A DNA stretch of 64,000 nt, from NCBI RefSeq assembly GCF_003991155.1, contig NZ_CP031293.1; one strand, written 5' to 3'. The stretch is from Escherichia coli (GTDB lineage Bacteria; Pseudomonadota; Gammaproteobacteria; Enterobacterales; Enterobacteriaceae). How positions within the stretch are numbered: position 1 is the stretch's first letter; each line of letters begins with the position of its first letter. A program made the position numbers and the translations under genes. Below, piece by piece: positions 26,821-35,542 of this stretch. A model generated the notes under the pieces. The model saw nothing but the letters and a program-made list of their open reading frames with translations. It had not been told where the DNA came from and did no database searches.

Positions 26821-28203
26821 TCAACCTGCCACACTCCCCCACACCAGTTGCCCTTTATGGAACGTTGCGGTTCTCGGCGAGATACGCGCCACCGCCTCGG
26901 CGGAACAGGAGGCGTCCACCAGCACAAAGCTGGCGTCATCCTGCGCTTTGGGCCACACGCGCTCGCCTTTTTCGTTGAGCGGCAATACATCGCCAGTGGC
27001 TAAAAACAGCGAACGGGACAAATTCTGTTCGTTAGGACGAATATAGAGCTGCGCGTAGAGATTGGCTTTTTCCAGCATGTCGCCCAGGCCGTAGGGAGAC
27101 CAGTGGTCGATAACGCTGTCGGTGCCGGTCATGACTTGTACGCCTTTGTCGTGCAACTGTTTGAGCGGCATATGCAGCGTGCCAATCGGCACCGTCGAGG
27201 CGATAGAAATTTGCTGCGCCGCCATCCGGTGCGCCAGTTCATCTACCTGTTGCTCATTGAGCGTTGCCAACGCAAAGGCGTGACTGATGGTCAGCTTGCC
27301 CTTCAGCTGTGGCGTTTTCTCTACCGTTTCAACCATATAATTGATGGCTGCCACGCCCGACGGAGTGGTTTCGTGCAGGTGAATATCGACGCCTTTGTCG
27401 TAGTCCAGCGCAATCTGGAACATGGTGTCGAGGGATTTTTCCATCGCGCCATCGACACTGGTCGGGTCCAGTCCGCCGACGTAATGCGCACCCGCCTGCA
27501 TCGCTTCGCGCATTAAGGGTTCTGATTTCGACAGCAGCAAACCGTGCTGCGGGAAGGCGACAATTTCACACTCGAAGCCCGCCTGACGTCGCGCCAGAAC
27601 CGCCTGCAAATTTTGCAGATTTTTCAGGCCGGAAACCGGTTCGATATTGCAGTGGCTGCGGGCAATGGTGGTGCCTTTCGACTGCAATAAATCGATCAGT
27701 TTTTCCGCCCGCTCCTGCGTGTACGGTTGTAACTCCGGCAGCATTTTCTGCTCGAGTTTGATCATGTCCTGGATGGTGGTGCCTGCCGGGCGATTGAGCG
27801 AGCGCCACGGCCCGCCGTAGAAAGTTTTGTCGAGATGAATATGCATGTCGCGGGTGGTGGGCAGCATCAACTTACCGCCTGCGTCATAGTGCGGCAGCGT
27901 GGCCTCCGGATGCTGCTTGTTCTCGCGCAGGGCAACAATTTTGCCGTTCTGAATCTCTACGGTCTGGTGCGCCGTGCGGGTCTGCACCGCCACACCGTTT
28001 TCGTAGTCAAAACCGGTTTCCAGCAGCACGTTGTCGAGATAGTAGTGCGGGTCAGTGATTTTCATGGTGTTATTTGCCTCGCAGTGGGTTGTGCCAGAGA
28101 CTGCCGCATGGGCGAGCGGCACTGAGGTACCAAACAGCGCGGCGGCGGTAACCATCTTACCGCTCTGGCTCAGAAATTCACGGCGGCTATTGTTTTCTTT
28201 CAT
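26821..28203 (-). CDS. yahJ: amidohydrolase-family deaminase with twin-arginine (Tat) signal peptide
   Basis: 460 aa; N-terminus MKENNSRREFLSQSGKMVTAAALFGTSVPLAHA has an SRRxFL Tat motif; metal-dependent hydrolase fold (HIHLD). Confidence 0.85.
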   Translation of the reverse strand: MKENNSRREFLSQSGKMVTAAALFGTSVPLAHAAVSGTTHCEANNTMKITDPHYYLDNVLLETGFDYENGVAVQTRTAHQTVEIQNGKIVALRENKQHPEATLPHYDAGGKLMLPTTRDMHIHLDKTFYGGPWRSLNRPAGTTIQDMIKLEQKMLPELQPYTQERAEKLIDLLQSKGTTIARSHCNIEPVSGLKNLQNLQAVLARRQAGFECEIVAFPQHGLLLSKSEPLMREAMQAGAHYVGGLDPTSVDGAMEKSLDTMFQIALDYDKGVDIHLHETTPSGVAAINYMVETVEKTPQLKGKLTISHAFALATLNEQQVDELAHRMAAQQISIASTVPIGTLHMPLKQLHDKGVQVMTGTDSVIDHWSPYGLGDMLEKANLYAQLYIRPNEQNLSRSLFLATGDVLPLNEKGERVWPKAQDDASFVLVDASCSAEAVARISPRTATFHKGQLVWGSVAG

Positions 28204-28212
28204 CTTACGTCC

Positions 28213-29163
28213 TTAGGTTTTAATAATATGGGTGCCCGTTTCGCCGCGTAGCGCCGCAGGCAGGCATTCCGGCGTGGTGATAATCACTTTTTTACCGCCC
28301 TGCTCCAGGAACGTCAGGCTGGCGATGATTTTTGGCAACATGCTGCCGGGTGGGAAATGCCCTTCCTGCATATAGCGGGTCATGGTGGCAATATCCACCC
28401 GATCCAGCACCTGCTGCTGCGGTTTGCCAAAGTGAATACACACTTTTTCGACGCCAGTGGTGATCACCAGAATGTCGGCGTGAATTTCACGGGCCAATAG
28501 CGCGGTAGAGAGATCTTTGTCGATAACCGCGTCCACGCTTTGATAATCTCCCGCTTCGGTGCGCACCACAGGAATTCCACCGCCGCCCGCGCCAATCACC
28601 ACAAAGCCTTGTTGGATCAGCGCCTTAATGGCAGGTGCTTCGACAATACGTTTCGGTTCCGGCGAGGCGACCACGCGGCGATAGCCCCGTCCGGCATCTT
28701 CAACAAAACGCCAGTCAGGGTTTGCCTTTTGTAGTTCGTCACGCTGGCTTTCACTAAAGAATGCGCCGATGGGCTTGGTGGGATGGGCAAACCCCGGATC
28801 GTTTTTATCCACTTCCACCTGAGTCACCACGGTGACGGCTTTTTTCTCGCCGTGACGCGCCAGCCGGTTATTCAGCGCCTGCTGGATCAGATAGCCAATG
28901 CCGCCTTGCGTATCCGCCACACAGTTCGCCAGCGGCGTTAAGGGCAGCCCTTCGCGCTCGTGGGCAATCTCCGCGCGGCGTAAATCCAAACCGACCTGCG
29001 GTCCGTTGCCGTGGGTCAGCACAATGTCGTAATCGGAAGCCAGCATTTCCAGCACCGTATCGGCGACGGCCTTCACCGCCTCCGCCTGATGCTCAATCGA
29101 CTGGCTGGCGTTATCTTTGATAATGCTGTTGCCACCAATGGCAACGACCACAAGTTCTTTCAT
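28213..29163 (-). CDS. yahI: carbamate kinase-like protein
   Basis: ORF 28213..29280; ATG at 29163 gives MKELVVVAIGGNSII (amino-acid kinase fold, 316 aa). Confidence 0.82.
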   Translation of the reverse strand: MKELVVVAIGGNSIIKDNASQSIEHQAEAVKAVADTVLEMLASDYDIVLTHGNGPQVGLDLRRAEIAHEREGLPLTPLANCVADTQGGIGYLIQQALNNRLARHGEKKAVTVVTQVEVDKNDPGFAHPTKPIGAFFSESQRDELQKANPDWRFVEDAGRGYRRVVASPEPKRIVEAPAIKALIQQGFVVIGAGGGGIPVVRTEAGDYQSVDAVIDKDLSTALLAREIHADILVITTGVEKVCIHFGKPQQQVLDRVDIATMTRYMQEGHFPPGSMLPKIIASLTFLEQGGKKVIITTPECLPAALRGETGTHIIKT

Positions 29164-29258
29164 GTTGTTATGTCCGCTACAGAGGGTGATGGGGTTATGA
29201 GAGTGAGGTTGCCCTTCTCCCCAAAAGGGAGAAGGTATCGTAAGGTGCGGTTGGAGGG

Positions 29259-30677
29259 TCAGACGCCGTAACGTTCGCACCAGCCAAGAATGGCTTTCTC
29301 GAAGCAGGCGAAGGGTGGATGCACAATGCCCGCGCCAATCATGCCGACGCCCGCATCTTTATGGGCAATGGCGGTGTTGATCACCGGCAGAATGCCGCTG
29401 CTACCCACGCGGGTGATGTCGATTGCCGACGGCACGCCCATAAAACCGAGCAGCGGAATGGTCACGTTGGGGTTTTCGCCGAGAGTGATTTCGCGCATCT
29501 GACGGGAGAAATCGATAGCCTCTTCCACCGTACCGCCCACCAGCGCGACGATTGCAGGCGCGGTCGCCATAGCAAATCCGCCAATGCCGTAGGTTTCGGT
29601 GATGGCGCTGTCGCCGATATCCAGCCCCGAATCTTCCGGCTTATAACCGGCAAACATCGGGCCGATCACCTGCTGCGCCGGACCGGTAAACCATTGCCCC
29701 GGTAATCCGCTGACCCGCAGACCGAACTCGACGCCGTTACGCGCCATGGTGGTCACCACAGTGCTGTATTCGATGCCGTGCGCCGCATCCATCGCCGCTT
29801 TACACATCGCCATCCACGTCGGGCCGGAGAAGTAGTCACTGCTGGCGACAAACTCAAACACTTCGCGCTGTTGCTCGACGGAGTAGCCCGCCTGAATAAT
29901 CCCCGGCGTCAGCGCCTGAATCAGCAGCGTCGTCCCGGCGTTATTGCGGTTATGGCACTCATCGCCCATATGCAGCGCCTGCGCCAGCATTAAGCGCAGA
30001 TCGATTTCGCCGATAATTTTCATCGCGTCGCGCAGCATGGGTCCCTGCACATCGCGCATCCAGTTGAGGCGGTCGATCACGCTCTGGTCATTAGCGCCCA
30101 TACGCAAAATCTTCGCCATCTGCTCGCTCATGTTGGTATAAGCGATGTTGCCGTAGGTTTTGTTTTTCACGATGTGCATAAACATCGAGGCCGAGGTGAC
30201 GCCCGCCATCGATCCCACACAGTCGTGCTCGTGGCACGGCGAGAAAGTGATCTCACCGGAAGCCGCCAGTTCAGCCGCCTCGTCGAGATCTTTCGCCAGC
30301 CCTTCGAACACCAGCGCCCCGGTGACCGCGCCTTTCATCGCGCCGCACATTTTTTCCCAGGTGACCGGCGGCCCGGCGTGAAGAATGGTTTTCGGCGTCA
30401 TGCCCGGCACCACGTTAATCGCCTGATCAAAACCAATCAGCACCGGATGTGACTGAATAATGCGTTCCAGCGCCTGCTGGTTAGCGGCGGCGATTTTGTC
30501 TGCCAGCGGCGAATCGGCAATGTTGTCCAGCGCCTGCACCACCTGCATATTGCCCTGCCCCGGCGGCGTCCAGTCGAGTTGAGTCACTTCTACATGCTGC
30601 TTTTTCAAATCATCGCTAAACATGGCGATGCCGACGTTAATAACGTTCAACGGTTGGCTAAACAGTGACGGGCTCAT
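29259..30677 (-). CDS. yahG: DUF1116 protein (YlbE paralogue)
   Basis: 472-aa ORF; start ATG shares one nucleotide with the yahF stop (TGATG), indicating translational coupling. Confidence 0.8.
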   Translation of the reverse strand: MSPSLFSQPLNVINVGIAMFSDDLKKQHVEVTQLDWTPPGQGNMQVVQALDNIADSPLADKIAAANQQALERIIQSHPVLIGFDQAINVVPGMTPKTILHAGPPVTWEKMCGAMKGAVTGALVFEGLAKDLDEAAELAASGEITFSPCHEHDCVGSMAGVTSASMFMHIVKNKTYGNIAYTNMSEQMAKILRMGANDQSVIDRLNWMRDVQGPMLRDAMKIIGEIDLRLMLAQALHMGDECHNRNNAGTTLLIQALTPGIIQAGYSVEQQREVFEFVASSDYFSGPTWMAMCKAAMDAAHGIEYSTVVTTMARNGVEFGLRVSGLPGQWFTGPAQQVIGPMFAGYKPEDSGLDIGDSAITETYGIGGFAMATAPAIVALVGGTVEEAIDFSRQMREITLGENPNVTIPLLGFMGVPSAIDITRVGSSGILPVINTAIAHKDAGVGMIGAGIVHPPFACFEKAILGWCERYGV

Positions 30678-32224
30678 CAGGCTTCCTCCCCTTTGCAGAT
30701 AAATTCACGCGCCAGCAATCCGGTATTGGTGCTGCTGCTCGCCAGAATCACTCCGGCATCAAGCAGCATCTGGCTTTGTTGTTCTAATGATGGCGTATCA
30801 AGATCGGTACCCAGCACATAGGCGAGAATGATCAACTCGCGTCCTTCGGCAGCGGCGATCGCTTTCGCCTCTTTGATCGCCTCGATGGTGGAACCGACCG
30901 GATCTTCATGCGATCCAAACCCGAGCACAAAATCCATCACGATCACCGCCACTTCTGGATCGCGCGCTTCTTCGATCAACCGGCTGATGCGGTTGGTCGG
31001 GTCAATCATTGGATGCGGCTTGCCGTTGGTAAAATCGTCATCGCCAAAGTCGAGGAAGGTATGTTTGACGCAGCGGTTGATATCTTTCAGGCGGAATTCA
31101 GGATCGGGCTGGATGTTGCTGTAGACATCGCCGTGTTTTTCCATCACCGCGAACATGGTTTCGTCACACAGCGTACCGCCGCAGAACAGGCCACGAATGT
31201 ATTTCTGTTGTGGCTTCAGGCGAGCGCGCACGTCAGCAATCAATGGCTGGTTCAGGGTATGCAGATCGAGATGTTCCTGTTTCACGCCGGAGAGCATTAC
31301 CGCTTTCAGCGCCGCTTCTTTGCTGCCGCGAGCAAACTGTAGCCCCTGCTCATCCACTGGCGTTTCGCCACGACCGAGGAAGCAGACCACCACCGGCTTG
31401 CGGCAGGCACGTGCGCGTTCCAGCACTTTGCGGGCCACCGCAGGCGCAGGCGGTTTGGAGATAAGCACAATGATTTCAGTTTGCGGATCGTTTTCCAGCA
31501 TCCCGATGGCATCGAGCATCATCAGACCGCCGATTTTCTCGCTCAGGTCGCGCCCGCCGGTGCCAATCAGTTGCGAAACGCCGCCGCAAAATTCATGGAT
31601 ACGGACGCTCAGTTCCTGGCTGCCGGTGCCAGATGCGCCAACAATGCCGATGTTGCCGCGACGCACGGCGTTACCAAAGCAGAGCGCCGCGCCGTTGATA
31701 ATCGCCGTACCGCAGTCTGGCCCCATCATCAGCAGCCCTTTTTCGTGGGCCAACTGTTTGAGCGCCAGTTCATCTTCAACTGAGACGTTATCGGAAAACA
31801 GCATCACGTTAAGATCGTTTTGCAGCGCCTGACGCGCTTCGCGAGCGGCAAACAGACCGTTGACCGAAATCACCGCCAGGTTACTTTCCGGGATATGCTT
31901 TTTGGCGCTGGCAATAGTGGCATAGCGTGCTTCATGTGAACCAGTTTGAGCTTTGGTGTTGAACAGTTCTTCAATCTCCACCAGCAACTGCTCGTTGTCT
32001 GCGCCCGCTTTGCCGTTGATGACAATCATCAGGTCGCCGTTTTTCGCCTGCTCCAGTTCCGGCGTCAGCAGCCCTAAATTCTTCAGCACGCCTTTGTTCA
32101 TTTCGGTCGCCATCGCCACAAATGCCTGCTCGACGCCGTCGAGTTTATTTGCACGCGTGGAGATAGACATCAGCGAGACAGAATCAAAATAGGTATTCGG
32201 TTTAATGACTATTTTAACTGACAT
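30677..32224 (-). CDS. yahF: FdrA-like acyl-CoA synthetase (NDP-forming) / succinyl-CoA-ligase-alpha-like protein
   Basis: 515 aa; CoA-binding glycine-rich segments (GIVGASGTG, ISKPPAP); overlaps yahE by 11 nt. Confidence 0.85.
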   Translation of the reverse strand: MSVKIVIKPNTYFDSVSLMSISTRANKLDGVEQAFVAMATEMNKGVLKNLGLLTPELEQAKNGDLMIVINGKAGADNEQLLVEIEELFNTKAQTGSHEARYATIASAKKHIPESNLAVISVNGLFAAREARQALQNDLNVMLFSDNVSVEDELALKQLAHEKGLLMMGPDCGTAIINGAALCFGNAVRRGNIGIVGASGTGSQELSVRIHEFCGGVSQLIGTGGRDLSEKIGGLMMLDAIGMLENDPQTEIIVLISKPPAPAVARKVLERARACRKPVVVCFLGRGETPVDEQGLQFARGSKEAALKAVMLSGVKQEHLDLHTLNQPLIADVRARLKPQQKYIRGLFCGGTLCDETMFAVMEKHGDVYSNIQPDPEFRLKDINRCVKHTFLDFGDDDFTNGKPHPMIDPTNRISRLIEEARDPEVAVIVMDFVLGFGSHEDPVGSTIEAIKEAKAIAAAEGRELIILAYVLGTDLDTPSLEQQSQMLLDAGVILASSSTNTGLLAREFICKGEEA

Positions 32225-33077
32225 AATTCCCTCCGTAGGTTTGGCTCAGCGCACAACCATCGGCCATGCCATACAGCATGTCGCAGCCGGAACTGGAGCC
32301 AATATGTTTAATTTTTTCTATTGCCTGAGTTGCGTTCCCAGGGATGTCATAAATAATGTTATGAATAAAACGATGAATATTTTCCCGGCAGCGTTGTTGT
32401 AATGCGGCTTCCAGCGTTATGGCACTTAATAACGTGGTATTATTTCTGCCGCGTTGCAGACCGAGATAAAATTCCTCTTTGTATTTTTCCGCCGGATGTC
32501 CGGAAATAAATAAAATAAGCGCCAGACCTGTTAAATAATCGTCGGCTGATGGCGTAAGGCCAATCCCTAAGCCCATCATACTGGCGACTGCTGAGGCGAT
32601 ATTTTGTTTATCGTTTACGGCCTGAATAACTGCCCGTCGTTTAATATGTAATTCTTTATTTAACGCCTGATAAAACGGATTATCGCCGCAATAATTAAAC
32701 AGGGTTTCATTTTCCCCCAGGTGCTGATGAATAATGTCATGCCACTGTTGCCAGACGATAAGGTGAAAATTCACAGCGGTCATTTGCAAGGTTGGGGACA
32801 GCCAACGCTGGCAATGACTCATCTCTATATGAAGATGTTGACCAACCGTAATGCCTTGATCGTCAAACTGAACCTTATCACCATGATGGAACAGACCATT
32901 AAAGTGAGTGAGTGCCAACCGACAACTGTTTGGCGCATTGTCGTACTCTTCACAAAGCAGCGTCAGCAACTGCTGGCGGGCCGGAAGTGCGATATTTACC
33001 GCTCTGGCAAAGACCTGTTCAACCTGTCCTTGCCCCCGCTGCGCCAGAAAATCCGCATCCGCAGTTAGCGCCCACAC
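32214..33077 (-). CDS. yahE: DUF2877 protein (YlbF paralogue)
   Basis: 287-aa ORF between yahD and yahF; no catalytic motif recognised. Confidence 0.75.
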   Translation of the reverse strand: MWALTADADFLAQRGQGQVEQVFARAVNIALPARQQLLTLLCEEYDNAPNSCRLALTHFNGLFHHGDKVQFDDQGITVGQHLHIEMSHCQRWLSPTLQMTAVNFHLIVWQQWHDIIHQHLGENETLFNYCGDNPFYQALNKELHIKRRAVIQAVNDKQNIASAVASMMGLGIGLTPSADDYLTGLALILFISGHPAEKYKEEFYLGLQRGRNNTTLLSAITLEAALQQRCRENIHRFIHNIIYDIPGNATQAIEKIKHIGSSSGCDMLYGMADGCALSQTYGGNYVS

Positions 33078-33116
33078 ACACCGTCTTTCTGGTGTGTTGA
33101 TAGCAAGCCTCCCGGT

Positions 33117-33722
33117 TTATGCGCCTGCGGCAATCAGTAACTGCGCAATCTCTTCAAAGCCTCGTTCCCGCGCCAGTTCCAGCGGTGTTTTGCCATATTT
33201 ATCCGTCAGATGCGGGCTGGCACCGTGTTCCAGCAATAACTGGACAATCGCCTGCTGTTTAATCCCGCCATCATTAAGCACAATCGCTTCCAGTAGCGGC
33301 GTCCAGCCTACATGGTTGGTCTGGTTAACGTTAATCTCCGTATGCGCCAAAAGCTCTTTTACAATACTTAAATGGCCTTTTTCACAGGCAGGCGTCAGGC
33401 CGACACCGCCAAAACGGGTTACGCAATTAAGATCGGGTTTAGCCGGTAAAATAATTCGTAGTAGCGTTAAATCATCGTTCAGACAGCTAATTAAAAAAGG
33501 ATTTAAACAGGTATGATCTTGCTTATTAATATCCGCTCCAGCGTCAATTAATGCCTGAACGCAAGCATATTGCTGATATAAACTTGCCAGCGTAATTGCC
33601 GTTTTCCCCTGACGATCGCAGGTATTAATATCGACACCCAGCGCAAGGCAGGTTTTTACTTTATCGATATCACCCTGTTGCGCAGCCAATAAATAGTCGG
33701 CAGGTAGATTTTTTATAGTCAT
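33117..33722 (-). CDS. yahD: ankyrin-repeat protein
   Basis: 201 aa; repeated ankyrin signatures (G-TPL--A---GH---V--LL--GA), e.g. GWTPLLEAIVLNDGGIKQQAIVQLLLEHGA. Confidence 0.85.
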   Translation of the reverse strand: MTIKNLPADYLLAAQQGDIDKVKTCLALGVDINTCDRQGKTAITLASLYQQYACVQALIDAGADINKQDHTCLNPFLISCLNDDLTLLRIILPAKPDLNCVTRFGGVGLTPACEKGHLSIVKELLAHTEINVNQTNHVGWTPLLEAIVLNDGGIKQQAIVQLLLEHGASPHLTDKYGKTPLELARERGFEEIAQLLIAAGA

Positions 33723-33979
33723 TCACATTCCCCTGGTTTTTGTGGCTGTTTTCGATGAATTGAGAATAGCAACGATAATCTGATAAAAGAACCCGCTTAA
33801 ATTTAATTCGCCGTATTTCGCCTTTTTGTTGAATGATGTTCAACAATCTTTTCGCAGTGTGCGGTAGTGCAATATTTGTTTCTTTGACCCGATACCCTTT
33901 CACTCAATCAGGTTTTATTTCTCTATAGTCTGCACATGTAAGAGTAGCTTTCGTCCATGTCTAACCAGAGGGGAACAAG

Positions 33980-34477
33980 ATGAACGGACTCACGGCAACG
34001 GGTGTCACCGTCGGTATTTGTGCAGGGCTTTGGCAGTTAGTGTCTTCACATGTCGGGCTCTCTCAGGGATGGGAATTATTAGGAACCATTGGCTTCGTCG
34101 CCTTTTGCAGTTTTTATGCCGCAGGCGGCGGTAAATCGGGGTTTATCAGAAGCCTGGCGGTTAATTATTCCGGGATGGTGTGGGCGTTTTTCGCCGCGCT
34201 GGCTGCCGGTTGGCTGGCCTCGGTGAGTGGATTGTCCACGTTCTGGGCGAGCGTGATTATGACTGTACCCTTCTCGGCGATGGTGGTCTGGCAAGGGCGT
34301 TTCTGGTTACTGTCTTTTATTCCTGGAGGCTTTCTCGGCATGACGCTATTTTTTGCCAGCGGGATGAACTGGACGGTGACATTACTGGGTTTTCTGGCGG
34401 GTAACTGCGTGGGGATAATTTCAGAATATGGCGGACAAAAATTAAGCGAAGCGACGACTAAACGCGACGGGTATTAA
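33980..34477 (+). CDS. yahC: inner-membrane protein of unknown function
   Basis: 165-aa hydrophobic ORF divergent from yahD. Confidence 0.75.
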   Translation: MNGLTATGVTVGICAGLWQLVSSHVGLSQGWELLGTIGFVAFCSFYAAGGGKSGFIRSLAVNYSGMVWAFFAALAAGWLASVSGLSTFWASVIMTVPFSAMVVWQGRFWLLSFIPGGFLGMTLFFASGMNWTVTLLGFLAGNCVGIISEYGGQKLSEATTKRDGY

Positions 34478-34568
34478 AAGTTATTCAAAAATGATTATCT
34501 ATCTTTAACCGATACCTCTACAGTCATGGCTGGAGAAATTCATATTCGATAATGGCGGGAATGGTTTA

Positions 34569-35501
34569 ATGAACTCAATTTTTACCGAAGAGAATCTGTT
34601 GGCATTTACTACCGCTGCGCGTTTTGGCAGTTTCAGTAAAGCCGCAGAAGAGTTGGGTTTAACCACTTCCGCCATTAGCTACACCATCAAGCGAATGGAA
34701 ACAGGGCTGGATGTGGTGCTGTTCACTCGCAGTACCCGAAGCATTGAGTTAACGGAGTCCGGGCGTTATTTTTTCCGCAAAGCTACCGACCTGCTGAATG
34801 ATTTTCACGCCATCAAACGCAGCATCGATACTATTTCGCAGGGTATAGAAGCACGGGTGCGCATTTGTATTAACCAACTGCTTTATACGCCCAAACACAC
34901 CGCACGCTTATTACAGGTACTGAAAAAGCAGTTTCCAACCTGCCAGATTACCGTGACGACCGAAGTGTATAACGGCGTCTGGGATGCGATTATTAATAAT
35001 CAGGCGAATATTGCTATCGGCGCGCCCGACACACTGCTGGACGGCGGCGGCATTGATTACACGGAGATTGGCGCGATTCGCTGGGCTTTTGCTATCGCCC
35101 CGGATCACCCGTTAGCCTTTGTGCCGGAACCCATCGCCGAAAGCCAGCTGCGTCTCTATCCTAATATCATGGTGGAAGACACCGCGCATACGATTAATAA
35201 AAAAGTGGGCTGGTTGCTGCATGGGCAGGAGTCGATTCTGGTGCCAGATTTCAACACCAAATGTCAGTGCCAGATTTTAGGCGAAGGAATTGGTTTTTTG
35301 CCGGATTACATGGTCCGTGAGGCGATGGCGCAATCCCTGCTGGTTACCCGACAAATCCATAATCCGCGCCAGGATTCACGCATGTTACTGGCGACCCAGC
35401 ACTCTGCCACCGGTCAGGTGACGCAGTGGATTAAAAAACAATTTGCGCCAAATGGCATATTAACGGGGATCTATCAGGATTTACTGCATCGGGAGAATTA
35501 A
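34569..35501 (+). CDS. yahB: LysR-family transcriptional regulator
   Basis: 310 aa; N-terminal LysR HTH (FTTAARFGSFSKAAEELGLTTSAISYTIKRME). Confidence 0.88.
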   Translation: MNSIFTEENLLAFTTAARFGSFSKAAEELGLTTSAISYTIKRMETGLDVVLFTRSTRSIELTESGRYFFRKATDLLNDFHAIKRSIDTISQGIEARVRICINQLLYTPKHTARLLQVLKKQFPTCQITVTTEVYNGVWDAIINNQANIAIGAPDTLLDGGGIDYTEIGAIRWAFAIAPDHPLAFVPEPIAESQLRLYPNIMVEDTAHTINKKVGWLLHGQESILVPDFNTKCQCQILGEGIGFLPDYMVREAMAQSLLVTRQIHNPRQDSRMLLATQHSATGQVTQWIKKQFAPNGILTGIYQDLLHREN

Positions 35502-35542
35502 TCGCTGCCAACCTCCCGATGCGCTGTGAATAGCGGTTTACA

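Noticed and set aside
29164-29280. Upstream extension of yahI (ORF-track start 29280, overlapping yahG)
   Set aside because: The extended N-terminus (MRTLRRLTLQPHL...) is not part of the amino-acid kinase fold; the ATG at 29163 gives the expected MKELVVVAIGGNS start.
33723-33979. FNR/CRP-like palindrome TTGAATGATGTTCAA in the yahC-yahD divergent region
   Set aside because: Half-site spacing and central bases do not fit either the FNR (TTGAT-N4-ATCAA) or CRP consensus well enough to call.
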